This document shows, piece after piece, positions 11,401 to 24,269 of a stretch of DNA of 41,120 nt (within the stretch, counting starts at the first letter, position 1; every line of letters starts with the position of its first letter). The notes under the pieces were generated by a model. The model made no database searches. It was not told the origin of the DNA and saw only the letters and a program-made list of their open reading frames with translations. The position numbers were made by a program, and so were the translations under genes. The DNA comes from Malacoraja senta (taxonomy: Eukaryota), in assembly GCA_038087875.1 (NCBI GenBank), contig JAXLNO010000511.1, positions 310,001-351,120 on the forward strand, in the 5' to 3' direction.

Positions 11401-13890
11401 CGTCCTGATGTTTCGTCACTTTCGCGTCGTGAATTTCCGTCACCTTTTGCATGCTTCAATTTCATCACTTTTCGCATCCTGAATTTTTGTCGCTTTTCGC
11501 ATGCTGTATTTTTGTCGCTTTTCGCATTCTCAAATTTCATCAATTTTCTCGTGCTGAATTTTCGTCGCTTTTCACGTCCTGAAGGTTCGTAGCTTTTCGC
11601 CTGCTGAATTTTCGTCACTTTTCGCGTGCAGAATTTCCGTCGATTTTCGTGTCCTGAAAATTTATGAATTTTCGTCACTTTTCGCGTGCTGAATTTTTGT
11701 CGCTTTTCATATTCTGAAATGTCTTCACATTTCGCGTGCTGAACTTTCGTTGCTTTTCGCAGGCTGAATTTTCGTCGCTTTTCATGTGTTGAAGTTTTGT
11801 CGCATTTCTCGTGCAGAGATTTTCGTCGCTTTGTGTCCTTATGTTTTGTTGCTTTTCGCTTGCTGGATTTACGTCACTTTTCGTGTGCTGAATTTTTTAT
11901 CACTTTTCGAGTGCTGAATTTTTGTCACTTTTCGCATGCTGAATGTTCATCGCTTTTCGCGCGCTGAATTTTCGTCGCTTTTCACGTTCTCAAATTTCAT
12001 CACTTTTCTCGTGCTGAATTATCGTTGCTTTTTACATCCTGAAAGTATGTCGCTTTTCGTGTCCTGATGTTTCATCGCTTTTCGCATCCTGAAATTACGT
12101 CGCTTTTCGCATGCTGAGTTTTCGTCGCTTTTCACATGCTGAATTTTCATTCCTTTTCGCGTGTTGAATTTCGTCATTTTAGCGTGCTTAATTTTCTTCT
12201 CTTTTCACATCCTGAAGGTTTGTCACATTTCGCCTGCTGAAATTTCAGCGCTTTTTGCAGGCGGCATTTTCGTTGCTTTACACGTGATGAATTTTCATCA
12301 CTTTTCTTGTGCTGAAGTTACGTCGCTTTTCACATGCTGAATTTTCCTCACTTTTCACGTGCTTAATTTTTGTCACTCGCATGCTGAATTTTTGTCGCTT
12401 TTCGCGAGCTGAATTTTCGGCGCTTTTCATGTTCTCAAATTTCATCTCTTTTCGCATGTTGAATTTTCATCGCTTTTCGCATGCTGAAGGTTCGTCGTTT
12501 TTCACCTGCTGAACTTTTGTCAGTTTTTATGTGCTGAAATTTTGTTCGGTTTTCACGTCCTGAAGGTGTGTAGCTTTTCGCCTGCTGAATTTTTGTCGCT
12601 TTTCACGTGCTGAATACTTGTAGCTTTTCGTATGCTGCATTTCCGTACAATTCCACGTGCATCATTTTCGTCACATTTGCATACTTCATTTTCACCGCTT
12701 TTTGCAAGTGGAATTTTCGTCACTTTTCACGTGCTGAATTTTCATCGCTTTTCTTATCCTGAAGGTACGTCGCTTTGCTCGTGCTTCATTTTCATCACTT
12801 TTCGCATCGTGAATTTTTTTCGCTATTCGCATGCTGAATTTTCTTCGCTTTTCGCGTGCTTCATTTTCTTCACTTTTCGCAACATGAATGTTCGTCACTT
12901 TCGCATGCAGAATTTTCGGCGCATTTTGCGTGTTGAATTTTCGTCGCTTTTCACGTTCTGAAATTGTGTCACTTTTCCCATGCGGAATTTTCGTAACTTT
13001 TCGCGTCCTGAAGGTGCATCACTTTTCTCGTGCTGAATTTTCGTCACTTTTCACGTGCAGAATTTTCGCACGATGAATTGTCGTCGCTTTGCATGTTTCA
13101 TGAATTTTCGTCGGTTTTTGCATGCTGAATTTTCACCGAATTTTCACCGCATTCACCGCTGAAATGTCATCAATTTTCACGACCTGAAATTTTGTCGCTT
13201 TATGCGACCTGAGGTTTTGTCGCTTTGCACGTCCTGAATTTACGTTGCTTTTCATGTGCTGAATTTTTGTCGCTTTACGTGTGCTGAATTTTTGTTGCTT
13301 TTCACATGCTGAATTTTCGTCGCTTTTCCCGTGCTTCATTTTCATCACTTTTCGCGTCATGAAGGTTTGTCGCTTTTCGCATGCTGAGTTTTTGTCGATT
13401 TTCGCATGCTGAATTTTCGTAACTTTACATGTGCTGAAATTTTGTCGCTTTTCACATGCTGAGATTTCCGTCGCTTTATGTGTCCTGATGTTTTGGTGCT
13501 TTTCATGTGCTGGATTTACGTCATTTTTCGTGTGCTTACTTTTCATCGCTTTTCTCGTGCTGAATTTTTGTCACTTTCGCGTGCTGAATTTTCATCGCTT
13601 TTCACGCACTGAATTATCATCGTTTTTCATGTTCTAATATTTCATCTCTTTTCGCATGTTGAATTTTCGTCGCTTTTCACGTCCTGAAGGTGTGTCGCTT
13701 TTCACCTGCTGAATTTTTGTCGCTTTTCACGTCCTGAATTTTGTAGCTTTTCGCATGCTGGATTTTCATACAATTCCACGTGCTTCATTTTCGTAACACA
13801 TTTTGCGTTCTTCATTTTCATCGCTTTTTGCAGTTGGAATTTTCGTCGCTTTTCACGTACTGAATTTTCATCGCTTTTCTTGTCCTGAAG
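8500..13890. repeat. ~3.1-kb higher-order duplication within the satellite
   Basis: Rare marker CACCGAATTTTCACCGCATTCACCGCTG at ~10033 and ~13134; AAAATTTATGAATTTTCG at ~8559 and ~11657; ORF pairs 9787/12888 and 10032/13133 share offset 3101. Boundaries approximate. Confidence 0.85.
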
Positions 13891-16800
13891 GTATGTCGCT
13901 TTTCCCGTGCTGAATTTTCATCGCTTTTCATGTCGCTTTTCGCATGCTGAATTTTCGTCGCTTTAAATGTGCGGAATTTTGTAGCTTTTCGCATGCTGAA
14001 TTTTCATCGCTTTTCGCGTGCTGAATTTTCGTCACTTTTTGTGTGCTGAGTTTTTGTCACTTTTTGCTTCCTGAAGTTTGTCACTGTTCACGTGCTGTAA
14101 ATTAGTCGCTTTATGCATCCTGATGTTTCGTCACTTTTCGCGTCGTGAATTTTCGTCGCTTTTGCTTGCTTCAATTTCATCACTTTTTGCATCCTGAATT
14201 TTAGTCGCTTTTCGCATGCAGAATTTTCGTCGCTTTTCGCATTCTCAAATTTCATCACTTTTCGCGTGCTGTATTTTTGTCGCTTTTCATGTTCTTAAAT
14301 GTCTTCACATTTCGCGTGCTGAATTTTCGTCGCTTTTCGCAGGCTGAATTTTTGTCGCTTTCCATGTGTTGAAGTTTTGTCGCATTCCTCGTGCAGAGAT
14401 TTTCGTCGCTTTGTGTCCTTATGTTTTGTTGCTTTTCGTTTGCTGGATTTACCTCACTTTTCATATGCTGAATTTTTTATCACTTTTCGAGTGCTGAATT
14501 TTTGTCACTTTTCGCATGCTGAATTTTCGTCGCTTTTCGAGCGCTGAATTTTCGTCGCTTTTCATGTTCTCAAATTTCATCACTTTTCTCGTGCTGAATT
14601 TTCGTTGCTTTTTACGTCCTGAAAGTTTGTCGCTTTTCATGTCCTGATGTTTCATCGCTTTTCGCATCCTGAAATTACGTCACTTTTTGTGTGCTGAATT
14701 TTCATCGCCTTTCGCGTGCCTCATTTTCATTGCTATTTGCATCCCGAATGGTCGTCGCTTTTCGCATGCTGAATTTTCGTCGCTTTTCACATGCTGAATT
14801 TTCGTCGCTTTTCACGTGCTGAATTTCGTCACTTTCGCGTGCTTATTTTCTTCGCTTTTCATATCCTGAAGGTTTGTCACTTTTCGCCTGCTGAATTTTC
14901 AGCGCTTTTTGCAGGCGGAATTTTCGTTGCTTTTCACGTGCTGAATTTTCATCACTTTTCTTGTCCTGAAGGTACGTCGCTTTTCGCATGCTGAATTTTC
15001 CTCGCTTTTCGCGTGCTGAATTTTTGTCACTCGAATGCTGAATTTTTGTCACTTTTCGCGAGCTGAATTTTCGTCGCTTTTCATGTTCTCAAATTTCATC
15101 TCTTTTCGCATGTTTTGTCACTTTTCGCGTCCTGAAATTTCGTCGCTTTATGGGTCCTGATGTTTCAGCGCTTTTTGCATGCTGAATTTTCGTCGCGTTT
15201 CGCATGCTGAATTTTTGTAGCTTTTCGCATGCTGAAATTTCGTCGCATTTCATGTGCTGAATTTTCGTCGCTTTTCCCTTCCTGAAGGTTCGTCACTTTT
15301 CACGTGCTGAAAATTAGTCGTTTTATGTGTCCTGATGTTTCGTGGCTTTTCGCGTCCTGAATTTACGTCGCTTTTCATGTGCTGAAATTCCGTCGCTTTA
15401 CGTGTGCTGAATTTTTGTCGATTTTCGCATGATTCATTTTCCTCGCTTTTCCAGTTTCATTTTCATCACTTTTCGCTTCCTGAAGCTTCGTCGCTTTTCG
15501 CATTCTGAATTTTTGTAGATTTTCGCTTGCTGAATTTTCGTCACTTTTCACGTGCTGAATTTTTGTCGATTTTTGCATGCGGAAATGTCGTCTCTTTTCG
15601 CGTGCTGAATTTTCGTCGCTTTTCACATGCTGAATTTTTGTCGCTTTTCGCAGGCTGAATTTCCGTTGCTTTTCATGTGCTGAAATGTTGTCACTTTTCA
15701 CGTCCTGAAATTTCGTCGCTTTATGCGTCCTGATGTTTCATCGCTTTTCGCATCCTGAATTTACGTTCCATTTCGTGTGCTGAATTTTCGTCGCTTTTCG
15801 CGTGCTGAATTTGTTGCTTTTCACATCCTCAAGGTTCGTTGCTTTTCTCATGCTGAATTTCCGTTGCTTTTCACGTGCTGAATTTTCGGCGCTTTTCGTG
15901 TGCTGAATTTTCGTCGCTTTTCACGTTATCAAATGTCATCACTTTTCCCTTGCTGAATTTTGTCGATTTTTGCATGCTGAATTTTCGTAGCTTTTCGCAT
16001 GCTGAATTTTCGTCGCTGGCTGAATTGTCCTCGCTTTTCATGTGCTGAAATTTTGTCGCTTTGCACGTGCTGAGATTTTCGTCACTTTATGTGTCCCGAT
16101 GTTTTGTTGCTTTTTGCGTCCTGAATTTACGTTGATTTTTGTGTGCTGAATTTTTGTAGATTTTCGCATGCTGAATTTTCATCGCTTTTCTCGTTCTGAA
16201 ATTTCGTCACTTTTCGCGTGCTGAATTTTCGTCGCTTTTCACGTGCTGAAGGTTCATCATTTTTGACGAGCTGGATTTTCATCGCTTTTTGCTGGCTGAC
16301 TTTTCGTCGCTTTTCATGTGCTGAAATTTTGTCGCTTTGCATGTGCTGAGATTTGCGTCGCTTTATGTGTCCCGATGTTTTGTTGCTTTTCACGTCCTGA
16401 ATTTACGTTTATTTTTGTGTGCTGAATTTTCATTGCTTTTTGCATTCAGTATTTTTGTAGATTTTCGCAAGCTAAACTTTCGTCACTTTTCGCGTGCTGA
16501 ATTTTCGTCGCTTTTCACGTTCTGAAATGTCATCACTTTTTGTGTGCTGAAAATTCGATGAAAATTCAGCACATGAAAAGCGACGTAAATTCAGGATGCG
16601 AAAAGCAACAAAACATCGGGACACATAAAGCGACGAATATTTCAGCAAGTGAAACGCGACAACATTTCAGCACATGAAAAGCGACGAAAATTCAGCCTGC
16701 GAAAAGCGATGAAAATTCAGCACGTGAAAAATTATAAACTTTCAGGATGTGAAAAGTGACGAAAATTCACCCGCGTAAAGTGACGAAAATTCAGCCCGCG

Positions 16801-19479
16801 AAAAGGGACGAAAATTCAGCATACGAAAATCGACGAAAATTCAGCATGCGAAAAGTGACGAACCTTCAGGACGCAAAAAGCGTCGAACCAGGACGCGAAA
16901 AGCAATGAAGAAGCGCTGGAAAAGCGACGCAAATTCTGAATGCGTAAAGCGACGAATCTTCAGTATGCAAAAAGTGATGAAAATGAAACATGCAAAATGC
17001 GACGATAATTCAGCACACAAAAAGTGACCTAAATTCAGGACACGAAAAGCAACAAAACAACGGGACACAAAGCGACGAAAATTCAGCCTGCAAAAAGCGA
17101 TAAAAATTCAGCACATGAAAAGTGACGAGCTTTCAGGACACGAAAATCGACGAAAATTCAGCACGCGAAGTGTGAGGAAAATTCAGCAGGCAAAATGCGA
17201 CAAATCTTCAGGATGCGAAAAGCGTCGGAAATTCAGCACGCGAAAAGCGATGAAAATTCAGCACGATAAATGTGATGAACCTTCAGGACGCGAAAAGTGA
17301 CGTAAATTCAGCACACGAAAAGCAATGAGAATTCAGCATGGGAAAAGTGACAAAAATACAGCACGTGAAAAGCGACGAAAACAGCCTGCGAAAAGCGATG
17401 AAAATTCAGCACGATAAATGACGTAAATTCAGCACAATTTCAGGATGTGAAAAGTGCCGAAAATTCAGCCCGCGTAAAGTGACACGAAATTCAGCACGCG
17501 AAAAGTGATGTAAATTCAGCACACGAAAAGTAACAAAATTTCAGAAAGAGAAGAGCGACAAAAATTCAGCACGGGAAATGCGACGAAAATTCAGCATGCG
17601 AAAAGAGACTAAATTTCAGAAAATGAAAAGCGACGAAAATTCAGCAAATATTCAGCCCGCGTAAAGTGACGGAAATTCAGACCGTGAAAAGGGACGAAAA
17701 TTCAGCATGAGAAAATCGACGAAAATTCAGCATGCAAAAAGCGATAAAAACTCAGCACATGAAAAGTGACGAGCTTTCAGGACACGAAAATCGACGAAAA
17801 TTCAGCATGCGAAGTGTGAGGAAAATTCAGCAGGCGAAATGCAACAAATCTTCAGGATGCGGAAAGCGACGAAAATTCAGCACGCGAAAAGTGACATAAT
17901 TTCAGAACGTGAAAAGCGACGAAAATTCCGCACTAGAAAAGCGACGAAAATTCAGCATGTGAAAAGCTATAAAACTGCAGCATGCAAAAAGCGTTTAAAT
18001 TCATCACACCAAAGGCGAGGTAAATTTAGGACGCGAAAAGCAACAAAACACCGTGATACATAAAGCAACGAAAATTTCAGATGTGAAAAGTGATAGAATT
18101 TCACCACATGAAAAGCGACGAAAATTCAGCATGAGAAAAGCGATGAAAATACAGCACATGAAAAATGAGGAACCTTCAGGACGCGAAAAACGACGAAAAT
18201 TCAGTATGCGAAAAGTGACGAAATTTCAGATCGAAGCAAGCGACGAAATTTCAGCCATGAAAAGTGACGACAATTCTGCATGCGAAAAGCGACGAAAATA
18301 CAGTACATGAAAAATGAGGAACCTTCAGGACACGAAAAATGATTACAAAAATTTAAGCACGTGAAAGGCGACGAAAATTCAGCACGCGAATAGCAATGAG
18401 ACTTCAGCATGGGAAAAGTGACAAAAATACAGCACGTGAAAAGCGACGAAAATTCAGCCTGCGAAAAGCGATGAAAATTCAGCACGACAAATGTGATGAA
18501 CCTTCAGGACGCGAAAAGCGACGTAAATTCAGCACACGAAAAGTAACACAATTTCAGAAAGAGAAGAGCGACAAAAATTCAGCACGGGAAATGCGACGAA
18601 AATTCAGCATGCAAAAAGGGACAAAAATTCAGCACGCAAAATACGACGAAAATTCAGCACGTGAAAAGTGACTAAATTTCAGAAAACGAAAAGCGACGAA
18701 AATTCAGCAAACAAAAAGCGAAGTAAATTCAGGATGCGAAAAGCGACGAACCTTCAGGACGCCAAAAGTGATACAAAATTAAGCACGCGAAAGGTGATGA
18801 AAATGAAGCATGCAATATGCGGCGAAAATTCAGCATGCGAAAAGTGACAAAAATTCAGCATGTGAAAAGCTACAAATATACAGCATGCAAAAAGCGATGA
18901 AAATTCAGCACACAAAAAGCGACAAAAATTTCAGCAAATGAAAAACAACAAAATTTCAGCACATGAAAAGCGAGGAAAATTCAGTCTGCGAAAATCGATG
19001 AAAATTCAGCACGTGAAAAATGATGAACCTTCAGGACGGGAAAAGCAACGAAAATTCAGCACGCGAAAAGTGATAAAATTTGTGAACGTGAAAAGCACCG
19101 AAAATTCAGCGTGTAAAAGCGACAAAAATTCAGCTTGCAAAAAGTGACAAAAATACAGCACGGGAAAAGCGACGAAAATTCAGGCTGCGAAAAGCGACAA
19201 AAATTCAGCACGCGAAAAGAGACGGAAATTAAGCACGTGAAAAGTGACGAACCTTCAGGAAGCGAAAAGCGATGAAAATAAAGCACGGGAAAAGTGACGA
19301 AAATTCAGCATTCGAAAAGCAACGAAAATTCAGCACGCAAAAAGTGACGAAATTTCAGGACGCGAAAAACGATGAAAATGAAGCACGGGAAAAGCGATGA
19401 AAATTCAGCCTGCGAAAAGCGACAAAAATTCAGCACGCGAAAAGTGACGAACCAGGATGCAAAAAGCGATGAAAATTAA

Positions 19480-20123
19480 AGGCTCTGTCTCACGGTGTTG
19501 CGGTCATCGGCAGTGAAGCGCGGCTTCGCCTGTAGAGGGAACCGCACGGCAATGACGTGAGCGCCGAGCCTATGCCACGGTAGCGCCGCGCGGATGCTGC
19601 GCGGGGGCCGAGTGATTTAAATACGGCTGGTCCCACGTACTTGCGGTAAGTTAAAAAAAAGGACGGGCCGACTGCGATGACGTCATTTTGGATCTGCGGG
19701 GCTGTGGCGGCGGCCGTCCTGATCGCGGCGCTGTAGCGGTGGCTGTGGCGGCGGCCGTGCCGCAAACGTGACTCACTAGCGGCGGCTGTGGCGGCGGCTG
19801 TGCTGATCGCGGCGCAGTAGCGGTGGCTGTGGCGGCGGCCGTGCCGGCGGTCGTGCCTCACTGGCGGAGGCTGTGGCGGTGCAAGTCCGACGCACGGCGC
19901 TCGTGCCACACTGTCGGCGGCGGCTGTGGCGGCGGCTGTGGCGGCGGCCGTGCCGCACTGGTGCCTCACTGTCGGAGGCTGTGCGGTAGGGACATATTTT
20001 TGAACAGTGTTGGTTTTATTTTAGCACTGTGCGGTGTTGGGAGCGGTAGAGTCTATGGCGGCCCAGGAGCGGTAGATTCTTCCTGTTTCGCCGCCAATGA
20101 CCGCAGACTCGTGAGACAGGCCT
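19480..20123. mobile_element. Non-autonomous TIR DNA transposon (MITE-like), copy 1; PIF/Harbinger-like (TAA TSD) or Kolobok-like (TTAA TSD)
   Basis: Left TTAA|AGGCTCTGTCTCACGGTGTTGCGGTCATCGGC, right GCCAATGACCGCAGACTCGTGAGACAGGCCT|TTAA: ~35-bp imperfect TIRs. Removing the element restores the satellite GAAAATTAAGCATG. No transposase ORF. Confidence 0.88.
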
Positions 20124-23100
20124 TTAAGCATGTGAAAGGCGAAAAAAATTCAGCATGCGAAAAGCGACGAAAATTCAGCACGCGAAAAGTGACGAAAATT
20201 CATCATGCGGAAATCGACGAAAATTCAGCATGCGAAAAGCGATGAAAATGAAGCACTGGAAAAGCGACAAAGATTCAGCATGCGAAAAGCGACGAACCTT
20301 CAGTATGTGAAAAGTGATGTAAATGGAACATGCGAAAAGCGACGATAATTGAGCACATGATAAGCGACGTAAATTCAGGATGCGAAAAGCGACGAAAATT
20401 CAGCACGCGAAAAGTGACGAACCAGGACGCGAAAAGCAGTGAAGAAGCACTGGAAAAGCGACGCAAATTCTTAATGCGTAAAGCGACGAATCTTCAGTAT
20501 GCAAAAAGTGATGAAAATGAAACATGCAAAATGCGACGATAATTCAGCACACAAAAAGTGACGTAAATTCAGGACACGAAAAGCAACAAAACAACGGGAC
20601 AAAAAGCGACGAAAATTCAGCCTGCAAAAAGCGATAAAAATTCAGCACATGAAAAGTGACGAGCTTTCAGGACACGAAAATCGACGAAAATTCAGCACGC
20701 GAAGTGTGAGGAAAATTCAGCAGGCAAAATGCGACAAATCTTCAGGATGCGAAAAGCGTCGGAAATTCAGCACGCGAAAAGCGATGAAAATTCAGCACGA
20801 TAAATGTGATGAACCTTCAGGACGCGAAAAGTGACGTAAATTCAGCACACGAAAAGCAATGAGAATTCAGCATGGGAAAAGTGACAAAAATACAGCACGT
20901 GAAAAGCGACGAAAACAGCTTGCGAAAAGCGATGAAAATTCAGCACGATAAATGACGTAAATTCAGCACAATTTCAGGATGTGAAAAGTGCCGAAAATTC
21001 AGCCCGCGTAAAGTGACACGAAATTCAGCACGCGAAAAGTGATGTAAATTCAGCACACGAAAAGTAACAAAATTTCAGAAAGAGAAGAGCGACAAAAATT
21101 CAGCACGGGAAATGCGACGAAAATTCAGCATGCGAAAAGAGACTAAATTTCAGAAAATGAAAAGCGACGAAAATTCAGCAAATATTCAGCCCGCGTAAAG
21201 TGACGGAAATTCAGACCGTGAAAAGGGACGAAAATTCAGCATGAGAAAATCGACGAAAATTCAGCATGCAAAAAGCGATAAAAACTCAGCACATGAAAAG
21301 TGACGAGCTTTCAGGACACGAAAATCGACGAAAATTCAGCATGCGAAGTGTGAGGAAAATTCAGCAGGCGAAATGCAACAAATCTTCAGGATGCGGAAAG
21401 CGACGAAAATTCAGCACGCGAAAAGTGACATAATTTCAGAACGTGAAAAGCGACGAAAATTCCGCACTAGAAAAGCGACGAAAATTCAGCATGTGAAAAG
21501 CTACAAAACTGCAGCATGCAAAAAGCGTTTAAATTCATCACACCAAAGGCGAGGTAAATTTAGGACGCGAAAAGCAACAAAACACCGTGATACATAAAGC
21601 GACGAAAATTTCAGCACGTGAAAAGTGACAGAATTTCACCACATGAAAAGCGACGAAAATTCAGCATGAGAAAAGCGATGAAAATACAGCACATGAAAAA
21701 TGAGGAACCTTCAGGACGCGAAAAACGACGAAAATTCAGTACGCGAAAAGTGACGAAATTTCAGATCGAGGCAAGCGACGAAATTTCAGCCATGAAAAGT
21801 GACGACAATTCTGCATGCGAAAAGCGACGAAAATACAGCACATGAAAAATGAGGAACCTTCAGGACGCGAAAAATGATTACAAAAATTTAAGCACGTGAA
21901 AGGCGACGAAAATTCAGCACGCGAATAGCAATGAGACTTCAGCATGGGAAAAGTGACAAAAATACAGCACGTGAAAAGCGACGAAAACTCAGCCTGCGAA
22001 AAGCGATGAAAATTCAGCACGATAAATGTGATGAACCATCAGGACGCGAAAAGTGACGTAAATTCAGCACACGAAAAGTAACGAAATTTCAGAAAGAGAA
22101 AAGCGATGAAAATTCAGCACGGGAAAAGCGACGAAAATTCAGCATGCGAAAAGTGACAAAAATTCAGCACGTGAAATGTGACGAAATTTCAGAACATGAA
22201 AAGCGACGAAATTTCAGCACACGAAAAGCGAAGTAAATTCAGGACGCGATAAGCGACGAAGATTCTGCGTGTGAAACGCGACAAACCTTCAGGACACGAA
22301 AAGTGATTAAAAAAAATGAAGCACGCGCAAGGCGACGAAAATGAAGCATGCGAAATGCAATGAAAATTCAGCATGTTAAAAGTGACAAAAATACAGCACG
22401 TGAAAAGCGACGAAAACTCAGCCTGTGAAAAGCGATGAAAATTCAGCACGACAAATGTGATGAACCTTCAGGACGCGAAAAGCGACGTAAATTCAGCACA
22501 CGAAAAGTAACAAAATTTCAGAAAGAGAAGAGCGACAAAAATTCAGCACGGTAAATGCGACGAAAATTCAGCATGCGAAAAGGGACAAAAATTCAGCACG
22601 CAAAATACGACGAAAATTCAGCACGTGAAAAGTGACTAAATTTCAGAAAACGAAAAGCGACGAAAATTCAGCAAACAAAAAGCGAAGTAAATTCAGGATG
22701 CGAGAAGCGACGAACCTTCAGGACGTCAAAAGTGATACAAAATTAAGCACGCGAAAGGTGATGAAAATGAAGCATGCAATAGGCGGCGAAAATTCAGCAT
22801 GCGAAAAGTGACAAAAATTCAGCATGTGAAAAGCTACAAATATACAGCATGCAAAAAGCAATGAAAATTCAGCACACAAAAAGCGACGAAAATTTCAGCA
22901 AATGAAAAACAACAAAATTTCAGCACATGAAAAGCGACGAAAATTCAGTCTGCGAAAATCGATGAAAATTCAGCACGTGAAAAATGATGAACCTTCAGGA
23001 CGGGAAAAGCGACGAAAATTCAGCACGCGAAAAGTGATAAAATTTGTGAACGTGAAAAGCACCGAAAATTCAGCGTGTAAAAGCGACAAAAATTCAGCTT

Positions 23101-23518
23101 GCAAAAAGTGACAAAAATACAGCACGGGAAAAGCGACGAAAATTCAGGCTGCGAAAAGCGACAAAAATTGAGCACGCGAAAAGAGACGGAAATTAAGCAC
23201 GTGAAAAGTGACGAACCTTCAGGAAGCGAAAAGCGATGAAAATAAAGCACGGGAAAAGTGACGAAAATTCAGCATTCGAAAAGCAACGAAAATTCAGCAC
23301 GCAAAAAGTGACGAAATTTCAGGACGCGAAAAACGATGAAAATGAAGCACGGGAAAAGCGATGAAAATTCAGCATGCGCAAAGCAATAAAAATTCAGCAC
23401 ATGAAAGGTGACGAGGTTTCAGTAAAAGAAAATCGACGAAAACTCAGCCTGCGAAAAGCGACAAAAATTCAGCACGCGAAAAGTGACGAACCAGGATGCA
23501 AAAAGCGATGAAAATTAA

Positions 23519-24199
23519 AGGCTCTGTCTCATGGTGTTGCGGTCATCTGCAGTGAAGCGCGGCTTCGCCTGTAGAGGGAACCGCACGGCAATGACGTGAG
23601 CGCCGAGTCTATGCCACGGTAGCGCCGCGCGGATGCTGCGCGGGGGCCGAGTGATTTAAATACGGCTGGTCCCACGTACTTGCGGTAAGTTAAAAAAAAG
23701 GACGGGCCGACTGCGATGACGTCATTTTGGATCTGCGGGGCTGTGGCGGCGGCCGTCCTGATCGCGGCGCTGTAGCGGTGGCTGTGGCGGCGGCCGTGCC
23801 GCAAACGTGACTCACTAGCGGCGGCTGTGGCGGCGGCTGTGCTGATCGCGGCGCAGTAGCGGTGGCTGTGGCGGCGGCCGTGCCGGCGGTCGTGCCTCAC
23901 TGGCGGAGGCTGTGGTGGTGCAAGTCCGACGCACGGCGCTCGTGCCACACTGTCGGCGGCGGCTGTGGCGGCGGCTGTGGCGGCGGCCGTGCCGCACTGG
24001 TGCCTCACTGTCGGAGGCTGTGCGGTAGGGACATATTTTTGAACAGTGTTGGTTTTATTTTAGCACTGTGCGGTGTTGGGAGCAACGCCGCAATGCCCCG
24101 GAATTGTGCGTTTGACTGAGTGCGAAGTCTATGGCGGCCCAGGAGCGGTAGATTCTTCCTGTTTCGCCGCCAATGACCGCAGACTCGTGAGACAGGCCT
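23519..24199. mobile_element. Non-autonomous TIR DNA transposon, copy 2 (681 bp)
   Basis: Near-identical to copy 1 with the same flanks; TTAA at 23515-23518 and 24200-24203; 37 bp longer. Confidence 0.88.
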
Positions 24200-24269
24200 T
24201 TAAGCATGTGAAAGGCGAAAAAAATTCAGCATGCGAAAAGCGACGAAAATTCAGCACGCGAAAAGTGAC

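Larger units (their letters stand above)
1..16553 (+). repeat. 25-bp tandem satellite array, T-rich strand on + (interrupted at 2724-6641 and 7258-7451)
   Basis: Continuous diverged copies of GCTGAATTTTCGTCGCTTTTCGCAT; the 25-aa periodicity of ORF-track peptides (MRKATKIQHAKSDENSACEKRRKFS = 3 x 25 bp) confirms the period. Confidence 0.97.

Noticed and set aside
1..16553. CENP-B box in the satellite
   Set aside because: TTCG is present but the required spacing TTCGnnnnAnnCGGG is not found in the consensus.
16240..16750. Inversion as a chimeric fold-back read artefact
   Set aside because: The arms are clearly diverged and separated by a spacer; an artefact should be near-identical. Not fully excluded without reads.
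19490..19969. 159-aa Ala/Arg-rich ORF in the TIR element (also 23529-24008)
   Set aside because: Low-complexity product of GCC/GCGGC repeats; no transposase or Myb/SANT motifs seen.
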